Source: an uncultured bacterium (GTDB lineage Bacteria; Caldisericota; Caldisericia; B22-G15). From it: a stretch of DNA of 38,449 bases. The stretch spans positions 1-38,449 of the forward strand of contig CBFDTJ010000006.1 of NCBI GenBank assembly GCA_965612865.1, given 5' to 3'. The notes below the pieces were generated by a model that did no database searches, had not been told where the DNA came from, and saw only the letters and a list, made by a program, of their open reading frames with translations. Positions within the stretch are counted from its first letter, which is position 1, and every line of letters starts with the position of its first letter. Of the stretch, positions 9,518-17,401 are shown in pieces. Position numbers and translations under genes: made by a program.

Positions 9518-11061
9518 TTTGCATAACCTACAGCCTTATTCTCTCTTACTACTAAAACTTTTATCTGTCCTGGATACATAACCTCATTCTCTATCTTTTT
9601 TGCAATGTCGTAAGCAAGTTTAGGAAGAAGCATGTCGTCTATAGTATCTGGTTTAACAAATACCCTGACTTCTCTTCCTGCCTGAAGTGCATAAGCTTTC
9701 TCAACGCCAGGAAAGGAAGAGGCAATCTTTTCAAGTTCCTGAATTCTCTTTATATACTGCTCAATCGTCTCATTTCTCACACCTGGTCTTGAAGCAGAAA
9801 TTGCATCAGCAGCCTGTATTATAAAATCAAGAGGTGTCTCTGGCTGAATCTCATTGTGGTGTGCCTGGACAGCATGAATAACTTTTTCTATCTCTCCGAA
9901 TTTCCTTAAAATCTCTCCTCCAATTATTGCATGGGGACCCTCCATTTCTTTGTCTAGGGCTTTACCAATATCATGTAGAAGACCAGCTCTCTTTGCAACT
10001 TTTACATCCATTCCTAGTTCTGCTGCCATTGTTCCTGCAAGAAAGGCAACTTCAAGAGAATGTTTAAGAACGTTCTGTCCATAACTGGTTCTAAATTTGA
10101 GTTTTCCAAGGAGCTTCTTTAATTCTCTTGGAAGATCTCCTATGCCTGCTTCAAGAATTGCTTTATTTCCTTCTTCAAGGATTATCTCTTCCATCTCATT
10201 CTTTGCTTTTTCGTAAAGCTCCTCAATTCTTGACGGGTGTATTCTTCCATCGAGGATGAGCTTTTCAAGAGTAAGTTTTGCAACCTCTCTCCGTATGGGA
10301 TCATATGAAGATATAACCACTGCTTCTGGAGTATCATCAATTATAAGCTCAGTCTCAGTAAGGGACTCAAAAGTTCTTATATTTCTACCCTCTCTTCCAA
10401 TTATTCTGCCTTTAATATCATCATTTGGAAGAGGAACAACAGTTATGGTAGATTCACCGACGAAATCTACAGCGGTCCTCTGAATTGCAGTGGCAAGTAT
10501 TTCCTGAGCTTTTTCTTTTTGTCTCTCCTTAAGCTCTTCTTCATACAGTCTTATCTTCTTACTGATATCTATCTTTAGCTCCTCTTCTAATTTTCTAAAG
10601 AGTTCCTTTTTTGCTTCCTCTTCTGTAAGCTGGGCAACTCTTAGAAGTTCTCTCTTGTGTCTCTCGTATTGATCTCTTAAAGCCTCTTTAATCTTTTTGA
10701 GTTCCTCTTCTTTCTGAGAGACACTCCTCTCTCTTCTCTCCACTGCTTCAAGTTTTCTTTCCAGCATCTCTTCTCTCTGAAAGAGCCTTGTTTCTATTTT
10801 CTGTATCTCCTGTCTTCTTCTCTTAAGCTCTCTTTCAGCGTCGCTTCTAATCCTAACAGCATCTTCTCTTGCTTTGGAAAGCATTTCTTTGGCTCTGACC
10901 TCTGCCTGCCTTATAGCCTCTTCCTTTATCTTCTTTGCCTCTTTTTCAGCAGATTGAATTTTACTCTCGGCTATATATCTCCTTATATAAAATCCTACTA
11001 TTCCTCCAAGAAAAAATGTAGCAATTATCAGTAACTCATATAAAAATAATGATATCCTCAT
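9514..11061 (-). CDS. rny: Ribonuclease Y
   Basis: N-terminal TM helix, coiled coil, KH (KGRIIGREGRNIR), HD (LLHDIGK), AADAISASRPG. Confidence 0.97.
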   Translation of the reverse strand: MRISLFLYELLIIATFFLGGIVGFYIRRYIAESKIQSAEKEAKKIKEEAIRQAEVRAKEMLSKAREDAVRIRSDAERELKRRRQEIQKIETRLFQREEMLERKLEAVERRERSVSQKEEELKKIKEALRDQYERHKRELLRVAQLTEEEAKKELFRKLEEELKIDISKKIRLYEEELKERQKEKAQEILATAIQRTAVDFVGESTITVVPLPNDDIKGRIIGREGRNIRTFESLTETELIIDDTPEAVVISSYDPIRREVAKLTLEKLILDGRIHPSRIEELYEKAKNEMEEIILEEGNKAILEAGIGDLPRELKKLLGKLKFRTSYGQNVLKHSLEVAFLAGTMAAELGMDVKVAKRAGLLHDIGKALDKEMEGPHAIIGGEILRKFGEIEKVIHAVQAHHNEIQPETPLDFIIQAADAISASRPGVRNETIEQYIKRIQELEKIASSFPGVEKAYALQAGREVRVFVKPDTIDDMLLPKLAYDIAKKIENEVMYPGQIKVLVVRENKAVGYAK

Positions 11062-11486
11062 CTTCTTTCCTCCTTTTTCCTTTTAGCTTCAACTATTGTG
11101 GGATAGGTAAATCCTCTTGAAACCAATAAAGAGTATATATTTTTTGAATCGCTTTTTCTCTCCATCAACTTTAAAGCATTTTCAATATCTTTCTCTTTAT
11201 CAAAATAATTCTTTATTCCTTTCTTAATAAAATCCATTGGGAGAAATTTATTTCTCAATTTATAAACTATCTTCTTTTCCCCCCACTCTTTGTTCTGCAT
11301 ATATTCTATCTCTCTCCTTATAAGAGACTCATCGTCTATTATTTTCTCTTTTACAAGATATTCAATTACCTCTTCTATATCTCTATCCTCAAATCCTTTT
11401 CTCTTTAATTTCATTTTTAACTCAAAAGAAAAATAATCTTTTCTTCCCAGTAGCCTCAGGGAATAGGAGAGAACTTCCTCATTCAC
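11058..11486 (-). CDS. recX: Regulatory protein RecX
   Basis: LRLLGRKDY..ELKMKL, YL....IIDD, WGEKKI, LVSRGF; directly downstream of recA. Confidence 0.85.
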   Translation of the reverse strand: MNEEVLSYSLRLLGRKDYFSFELKMKLKRKGFEDRDIEEVIEYLVKEKIIDDESLIRREIEYMQNKEWGEKKIVYKLRNKFLPMDFIKKGIKNYFDKEKDIENALKLMERKSDSKNIYSLLVSRGFTYPTIVEAKRKKEERR

Positions 11487-11490
11487 CAGT

Positions 11491-12510
11491 TTACTCTTTC
11501 TTTTCTTCCGCTTCCTGGGGCTTCGGGAAAGCCGTACTTCTTATCGTTTCCTCTATCTCCTTTAATAGTTCTCTATCTCCTTCAAGGAATTCAACCACTT
11601 TTTTCTTCCCCTGCCCAATCTTTTTTCCCTTGTAGGAGTACCAAGAACCAGATTTATCTATAATTTTTAAATCTACTGCAGCATCAAATATACAGCCAAC
11701 TTTTGAGACTCCCTTGCCATATATTATGTCAAAAAAGGCAGTTTTATATGGTGGTGCAACTTTATTCTTCACAATTTTCGCTTTAACTGTATTTCCTATA
11801 ACCTGGTCACCTTCTTTTATAGAATCCGCTCTTCTTATTTCAATTCTCACAGTGGAGAAAAATTTTAAAGCTCTTCCTCCAGGAGTAACTTCAGGATTTC
11901 CAAAGACAACTCCTACTTTTTCTCTAACCTGGTTTACAAATAGAGCTACTGTTTTTGACTTGGATATGGCAGTATTCAACCTTCTTAAAACCTGAGACAT
12001 GAGTCTTGCCTGAAGAGCCATAAATTGATCCCCAATCCTACCTTCAAGCTCAGCCTTTGGGACAAGAGCAGCTACTGAATCTATTACAAATAAATCCACC
12101 GCACCACTTCTTGCAAGAGTCTCCGCAATTTCAAGAGCCTGTTCGGCAGAATCTGGTTGAGATATATATAGTTTTGAGAGATCAACGCCGATAGCTTCAG
12201 CATAAGCAGGGTCAAGGGCATGCTCTGCATCTATATAAACTGTGTTTCCTCCTCTTCTTTGTGCTTCTGCAACTGCCTCAAGGGCAACAGTGGATTTGCC
12301 ACTTCCTTCCTGACCAAAGATCTCTATTATCTTTCCCTTTGGATAACCTCCAACTCCAAGGGCAATATCTAAAGTTAGTATCCCCGTAGGGATCACCTCT
12401 GTATCAAGCAGGGCCCTCTTATCTCCTAATTTCATGAGGGAACCCTTTCCAAATCTCTTTTCTATTTCATTTATTGCTATATTCAATACTCTATCTTTTT
12501 CATTAGCCAC
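11491..12510 (-). CDS. recA: Recombinase RecA
   Basis: IDAEHALD, SQPDSAEQALEI, VIDSVAALVP, QARLMSQ, GGRALKF, KNKVAPP; SD AGGAGGTG upstream of GTG. Confidence 0.98.
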   Translation of the reverse strand: MANEKDRVLNIAINEIEKRFGKGSLMKLGDKRALLDTEVIPTGILTLDIALGVGGYPKGKIIEIFGQEGSGKSTVALEAVAEAQRRGGNTVYIDAEHALDPAYAEAIGVDLSKLYISQPDSAEQALEIAETLARSGAVDLFVIDSVAALVPKAELEGRIGDQFMALQARLMSQVLRRLNTAISKSKTVALFVNQVREKVGVVFGNPEVTPGGRALKFFSTVRIEIRRADSIKEGDQVIGNTVKAKIVKNKVAPPYKTAFFDIIYGKGVSKVGCIFDAAVDLKIIDKSGSWYSYKGKKIGQGKKKVVEFLEGDRELLKEIEETIRSTAFPKPQEAEEKKE

Positions 12511-12542
12511 GATTCATTTCACCTCCTGAGCAATTTTTATAA

Positions 12543-12571
12543 ATTTTATCAAAATGGATGCTAAATTTCAA
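12543..12571 (-). promoter_or_regulatory. Sigma70-type promoter of the recA gene run
   Basis: Minus strand TTGAAA (12571-12566), 17-bp spacer, TAAAAT (12548-12543) with extended TGn. Confidence 0.7.
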
Positions 12572-12697
12572 ATTAAAATTGTGATGTTTGAAACCTACAT
12601 CTAAGATTACAACAACAAACATCGAAAATATAAAAAGGAAACCGGTAAATAAATCCGTAATATGATCAGGGTATGCTCAAAAGAAGAGAAATAATGC

Positions 12698-12946
12698 TTA
12701 GTTCTTAAGAGCTTTAGAGATATCCTCCATAGATAGAGGGATATCAATAATCTTTAATCTTGATTTCTCACCTGAAACAATTTTTATATTTTTAACTTTG
12801 AATATTTTTTCAAAAAATTTTAAAAGCTCTCTATTTGCCTTTCCACCTATAGGCGGTGCAGAAATTTTCACATATAAAATTTCCTCTTTAAAACCCTTTA
12901 TCTCGTTCTTTTTTGCGTTCGGGGTAATCTTAACCTTTAATTTCAC
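12698..12946 (-). CDS. DUF167/YggU family protein
   Basis: VKITPNAKKNEI, VKISAPPIGGKANRELL, IVSGEKSRLK. Confidence 0.88.
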   Translation of the reverse strand: MKLKVKITPNAKKNEIKGFKEEILYVKISAPPIGGKANRELLKFFEKIFKVKNIKIVSGEKSRLKIIDIPLSMEDISKALKN

Positions 12947-13388
12947 TCTCAGATTTTATCTTGTCCAGCTCATTTACAAGATTCATGAAAGTCTGAAGGT
13001 AGAGCTTAAACTGGTTTCTAAAGGTAAGGAAGTACTCCTCAAGTTTCTCAACTTTTTCTTTTGTATCTTTTACTATTTTCTCTGCTTCAATCTTTGCCTC
13101 TTTCAAAATTAAATCTGCCTCTCTCTTTGCATTGAATTTTACCTCTTCTGCTGCTTTGTTAGCAAGCATAAGGGTTTTCTTTATGTCCTCTTCAAGATTC
13201 TTTACTCTGGAAACTTCACTCTTCAATTTAGAAACCTCTTCTTTTAGCTTACTGTTCTCTTTTGAAAGTCTCTCAAATTCCTCTATTACTTTATTTATGA
13301 AATTATCCACATCCTTTTTATCGTAGCCCCCAAATTTCTCTTTAAACTTCTTTCCTTTAATTTCAATTAATGTGATATTTTCCTCCAT
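12930..13388 (-). CDS. divIVA: DivIVA domain protein (start at ATG 13388)
   Basis: ITLIEI..KKF...GGYDKKDVDNFI N-terminal motif plus coiled coil; SD GGGAGG upstream of 13388. Confidence 0.82.
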   Translation of the reverse strand: MEENITLIEIKGKKFKEKFGGYDKKDVDNFINKVIEEFERLSKENSKLKEEVSKLKSEVSRVKNLEEDIKKTLMLANKAAEEVKFNAKREADLILKEAKIEAEKIVKDTKEKVEKLEEYFLTFRNQFKLYLQTFMNLVNELDKIKSESEIKG

Positions 13389-13405
13389 ACGTCCTCCCAA
13401 AAGTG

Positions 13406-13434
13406 ATAGAGGAGGGCTAAAGTCCCTCCTCTAT
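13406..13434 (-). terminator. Stem-loop after the opp operon (terminator-like, weak U tract)
   Basis: ATAGAGGAGGG-N7-CCCTCCTCTAT perfect 11-bp stem, followed by CACTTTT on the minus strand. Confidence 0.6.
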
Positions 13435-13435
13435 A

Positions 13436-14407
13436 TTATTTCACAGCATGGCATGCAACAAAATGCCCTGGTTTTACCTCTCTAAGTTCAGGCTTTACCT
13501 CCTTGCAGATAGGCATTGCAATAGGACAACGGGTATGAAATACACACCCTGATGGAGGATTTATTGGAGACGGTATGTCTCCCTTGAGAATTATCCTCTC
13601 CTTTTTAACTTCTGGATCTGGGACAGGAACTGCAGAAAGAAGTGCTTGAGTATAAGGATGAAGTGGATTTTCAAACAACTCCTGATTCTCAGCTATCTCC
13701 ATTACATTTCCGAGATACATAACAACTACTCTATCGCACATATGCCTTATAACTGCTAAATCGTGAGCAATAAATAAATAAGTTAGTTTTAGTTTTTCCT
13801 GAAGATCATTTAGCAGGTTTATTACCTGAGATTGAATAGATACATCAAGAGCAGATACAGGCTCATCGCAAACAACAAATTTTGGATTAAGTACTATGGC
13901 TCTTGCAATACCGATTCTCTGTCTCTGACCTCCAGAAAACTCATGAGGATACCTGTTTAGATACTCTGGTCTTAATCCAACAAGCTCCATAACCTCAACA
14001 ACTCTATTAAGCATTTCTTTTTTGCTTTTTACTAAACCATGAACAAGAAGAGGCTCTCCTATAATTTCTGAGATAGGCATTCTTGGATTTAATGAACCAT
14101 AGGGATCCTGGAAAATTATCTGCATATTTCTCCTTAATTTTCTTAAATCCTCTCCCTTTATATTGTTTATGAGTCTACCCTCAAAGTAAACCTCGCCAGC
14201 TGTTGGCTTATACAACTGGAGTATGGTTTTTCCCGCTGTTGTCTTTCCAGATCCTGATTCACCCACAAGACCGAGGGTCTCGCCCTTATATATGTCAAAA
14301 GATATATCATCTACAGCTTTAACCCATGCTACTATTCCACCAAAAACTCCTCCACGTATTGGAAAGTGCTTCTTTAAATCTTTAACTTTAACTAAAGGTT
14401 CTGCCAT
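13436..14407 (-). CDS. oppF: Oligopeptide/dipeptide ABC transporter ATPase OppF/DppF
   Basis: [32 protein letters not shown]-terminal GCVFHTRCP...C...VACH. Confidence 0.92.
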   Translation of the reverse strand: MAEPLVKVKDLKKHFPIRGGVFGGIVAWVKAVDDISFDIYKGETLGLVGESGSGKTTAGKTILQLYKPTAGEVYFEGRLINNIKGEDLRKLRRNMQIIFQDPYGSLNPRMPISEIIGEPLLVHGLVKSKKEMLNRVVEVMELVGLRPEYLNRYPHEFSGGQRQRIGIARAIVLNPKFVVCDEPVSALDVSIQSQVINLLNDLQEKLKLTYLFIAHDLAVIRHMCDRVVVMYLGNVMEIAENQELFENPLHPYTQALLSAVPVPDPEVKKERIILKGDIPSPINPPSGCVFHTRCPIAMPICKEVKPELREVKPGHFVACHAVK

Positions 14408-14408
14408 T

Positions 14409-15407
14409 CTACACCCCCTCTCCTGGCTTCAGGTAGTTCCAGCATCTGACCCAATGTCCTGGAGAAATCTCTTCTAATGGAGGTTCCTCTTCTCTACACT
14501 TCTTTGTCGCATAAGGACATCTTGGATGGAACTTACATCCCTTTGGCATGTGATATGGGTTTGGAACTACGCCTTCGATGGTAGCAAGTCTTTCTCCTTC
14601 CTTTCTTGGTTTTGTAACAAGAGGTATTGAGTGAAGTAGTCCATAAGTGTATGGATGTTGTGGATTCTTAAATATTGTCTTTACATCAGAATATTCAACA
14701 ATTCTTCCAGTGTACATAACCGCAATACTATCAGCCATTTCAGCAATTACTGCAAGGTTATGGGTTATCATAAGAATCGCCATTCCTATCTTCTTTTTCA
14801 AATCTTTCATGAGCTCAAGAATCTGAGCCTGAATTGTAACATCAAGAGCAGTAGTTGCCTCATCTGAAATTAGTAGATCAGGATTGCATGAAAGAGCCAT
14901 AGCAATCATAACTCTCTGTCTCATTCCTCCTGACATCTGATGAGGATAATTGTAGAATCTCTTTTCAGGATCAGGAATCCCCACAAGATCAAGCATCTCA
15001 ATAGCTTTCTTTTTTGCTTCCTCTTCAGTAATGTCCTGGTGTACAAGAATTGCTTCCATTATCTGAAAACCAACAGTAAACACCGGATTAAGTGAAGTCA
15101 TTGGTTCCTGAAAGATCATGGAAATCTGGCTTCCTCTAACTCTTCTCATCTCTTCTTCTGTTTTCTTTAAGAGATCCTCTCCTTTAAACCATACTTCACC
15201 TTTAACTATCTTTCCGGGAGGCCAGGGCACAAGCCTCATTATAGATAGAGAGGTAACTGATTTTCCACAACCTGATTCGCCTACAAGACCAAGGGTTTCA
15301 CCAACTCTAATCTTTAAATCAACTCCCTCAACTGCTTTTACAACCCCATCATCTGTATAGAAATAAGTTGTTAAATCTTTTGTTTCTAAAAGTACATCTT
15401 TTTCCAT
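14409..15407 (-). CDS. oppD: Oligopeptide/dipeptide ABC transporter ATPase OppD/DppD
   Basis: [45 protein letters not shown]. Confidence 0.92.
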   Translation of the reverse strand: MEKDVLLETKDLTTYFYTDDGVVKAVEGVDLKIRVGETLGLVGESGCGKSVTSLSIMRLVPWPPGKIVKGEVWFKGEDLLKKTEEEMRRVRGSQISMIFQEPMTSLNPVFTVGFQIMEAILVHQDITEEEAKKKAIEMLDLVGIPDPEKRFYNYPHQMSGGMRQRVMIAMALSCNPDLLISDEATTALDVTIQAQILELMKDLKKKIGMAILMITHNLAVIAEMADSIAVMYTGRIVEYSDVKTIFKNPQHPYTYGLLHSIPLVTKPRKEGERLATIEGVVPNPYHMPKGCKFHPRCPYATKKCREEEPPLEEISPGHWVRCWNYLKPGEGV

Positions 15408-15417
15408 GATTTACTCC

Positions 15418-16344
15418 TTATATCTTAAGTCTTGGATCAAGGGCATCCCTCAATCCATCACCAAGGAAGTTGAAAGAGAGAACTGTTATAAATATCGCAA
15501 GTCCAGGGAACCATACAAGCCAAGGTGCAAGGAACATGGAATTCTGCGCATTTTGAAGCATATTTCCCCATGAAGGTGTTGGAGGCATGATGCCGAAACC
15601 AAGGAAGCTAAGTGCTGATTCAAAGATTATGTTTCCACCTACACCTAAAGTTGCAGAAACTATAACAGGAGCCATAGCATTAGGAAGTAAATGTCTGAAC
15701 ATAATTCTCACATTGGAGGCACCTATAGCTCTTGCTGCCTCGGTATATTCATTCTCCTTAAGAGAGAGATACATACCTCTAACAAGCCTTGCCACTGTCA
15801 TCCAGCCAAATATGGTAATCACAAGCACAATTTTCCACACACCACCGCCTGGGATAACTGCTGCTAAAACTACAAGGAGAGGTAAAACCGGGATAGAGAA
15901 CATAATATCTGTAAATCGCATAAGTAGGGTATCTATTAAACCTCCATAGTATCCAGCCCAAGCACCTACAAGTATACCTATAAGTATGGAAGAAACGACT
16001 GAGGCAAAGCCCACCAAGAGAGAGACTCTTCCACCATATAATATTCTTGTAAATTCATCTCTCCCAAGCTCATCTGTACCAAACCAGTGATATTTAGACG
16101 GCGGTTTATAGACACCGAGATATGGATTCGTTGGATCATCTGCCTCATAATAATCAAGTTTGTATTTTGTAAAGAGGGGTGCACCCACGCATAGAATTAT
16201 TATTATGGCAAGGAGAATCGCTGAAAATATAGCAAGTTTATGTTTTTTGAGTCTTCTAAAGACTATCTGCCAATAGGAAGCCCCTCTTGCTGATAAAACT
16301 TCCATTTCTGCAGTTTCTTCAGCTTTACTCATCTTTGGACTCAT
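15418..16344 (-). CDS. oppC: Oligopeptide ABC transporter permease OppC/DppC
   Basis: HWFGTDELGRD, EAARAIGAS loop, LSFLGFGI..PTPSWG, GDGLRDALDP. Confidence 0.92.
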   Translation of the reverse strand: MSPKMSKAEETAEMEVLSARGASYWQIVFRRLKKHKLAIFSAILLAIIIILCVGAPLFTKYKLDYYEADDPTNPYLGVYKPPSKYHWFGTDELGRDEFTRILYGGRVSLLVGFASVVSSILIGILVGAWAGYYGGLIDTLLMRFTDIMFSIPVLPLLVVLAAVIPGGGVWKIVLVITIFGWMTVARLVRGMYLSLKENEYTEAARAIGASNVRIMFRHLLPNAMAPVIVSATLGVGGNIIFESALSFLGFGIMPPTPSWGNMLQNAQNSMFLAPWLVWFPGLAIFITVLSFNFLGDGLRDALDPRLKI

Positions 16345-16356
16345 TTCTTCCTCCTA

Positions 16357-17325
16357 TTAGGTATATTTAATTCTCGGGTCAACCACTGCGTATATTATAT
16401 CTGCAACAAGGTTACCAAATATCAACAGGTAGGACTGGAGCAGTAGACACACCATAGCAAGTGGATAATCATTGTTTAGCATAGCCTGAAGAGTAAGTCT
16501 TCCCATTCCTGGTATAGAAAAAACAGTTTCGGTAATCATAGCACCTGAGATAAGGGATGGAAGTGCCAGACCAAGAAGTGTAACTATGGGGATGAGGGCA
16601 TTTCTCAAAGCGTGTCTGTATATAACAACTCTTTCAGGGAGCCCCTTTGCCCTTGCTGTCCTAACATAATCCTGCCTTATAACTTCAAGCATTGAACTCC
16701 TGGCATATCTCATCCACGAACCCATACTATAAAGGGATAAGACTACTACAGGAAGAATAAAATACTTCAGTTGATCGAGTAGTCGGGCAAAAAATGGGGC
16801 ATATTCCATGCCAGGAGTCATAACACCTCCAATGGGTAACCAGTGTAACTTTACACCAAATATCATAAGAAGCACAAAGGCAAACCAGAAAGTTGGCATT
16901 GACATTCCAAAGAAAGCGAATCCTGTAAAAACATAATCAAAGAAGGTGTATTGATGCAAAGCAGAGTATATACCTATAGGAACAGCTACTATAAATGCCA
17001 GGATAAAAGAGGCTATGGTAAATTTTAAGGTCCATCCTATGGCAATTTTCACAAGATCCATAACAGGTTTTCCACCAGCGAATATTGAGTATCCCCAGTC
17101 TCCTTTGAGCATTGACCAGAACCATTTAAAGAATCTTATATACACAGGTTGATCAAATCCCCACTGATGTCTTAATCTTGCAACATCTTCTGGTCTTATG
17201 TGAGGATTCCTCATAAGTTGCCTGAAAGGATCTCCAACAAGACTTAAAATTATAAATGTAATTAAAGCAACCCCTATAAACAGGGGTATCATTTGTAAAA
17301 TCCTTCTGATAAGATAATTCCTCAA
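16357..17325 (-). CDS. oppB: Oligopeptide ABC transporter permease OppB/DppB (start probably TTG 17325)
   Basis: YLIRRIL, GDWGYS, DYVRTARAKGL, HALRNAL, DPRI; the ORF-track GTG at 17334 lies inside the SD AAGGAGGTGA. Confidence 0.92.
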   Translation of the reverse strand: MRNYLIRRILQMIPLFIGVALITFIILSLVGDPFRQLMRNPHIRPEDVARLRHQWGFDQPVYIRFFKWFWSMLKGDWGYSIFAGGKPVMDLVKIAIGWTLKFTIASFILAFIVAVPIGIYSALHQYTFFDYVFTGFAFFGMSMPTFWFAFVLLMIFGVKLHWLPIGGVMTPGMEYAPFFARLLDQLKYFILPVVVLSLYSMGSWMRYARSSMLEVIRQDYVRTARAKGLPERVVIYRHALRNALIPIVTLLGLALPSLISGAMITETVFSIPGMGRLTLQAMLNNDYPLAMVCLLLQSYLLIFGNLVADIIYAVVDPRIKYT

Positions 17326-17342
17326 AGAACTCACCTCCTTGT

Positions 17343-17378
17343 TAAAAAAGCCCCTCAGAAAACCTGAGGGGCTTTTTA
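17343..17378. terminator. Intrinsic terminator-type hairpin between oppA and oppB
   Basis: AAAAAGCCCCTCAG-N5-CTGAGGGGCTTTTT, with T tracts on both strands. Confidence 0.8.
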
Positions 17379-17401
17379 TTCCTTCTAACCCCTAAGATCT
17401 A

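Noticed and set aside
12503..12676. Hydrophobic minus-strand open stretch upstream of recA (...DLFTGFLFIFSMFVVVILD...)
   Set aside because: No SD or convincing start, it overlaps the recA promoter, and there is no recognisable similarity; it cannot be supported as a gene or pseudogene.
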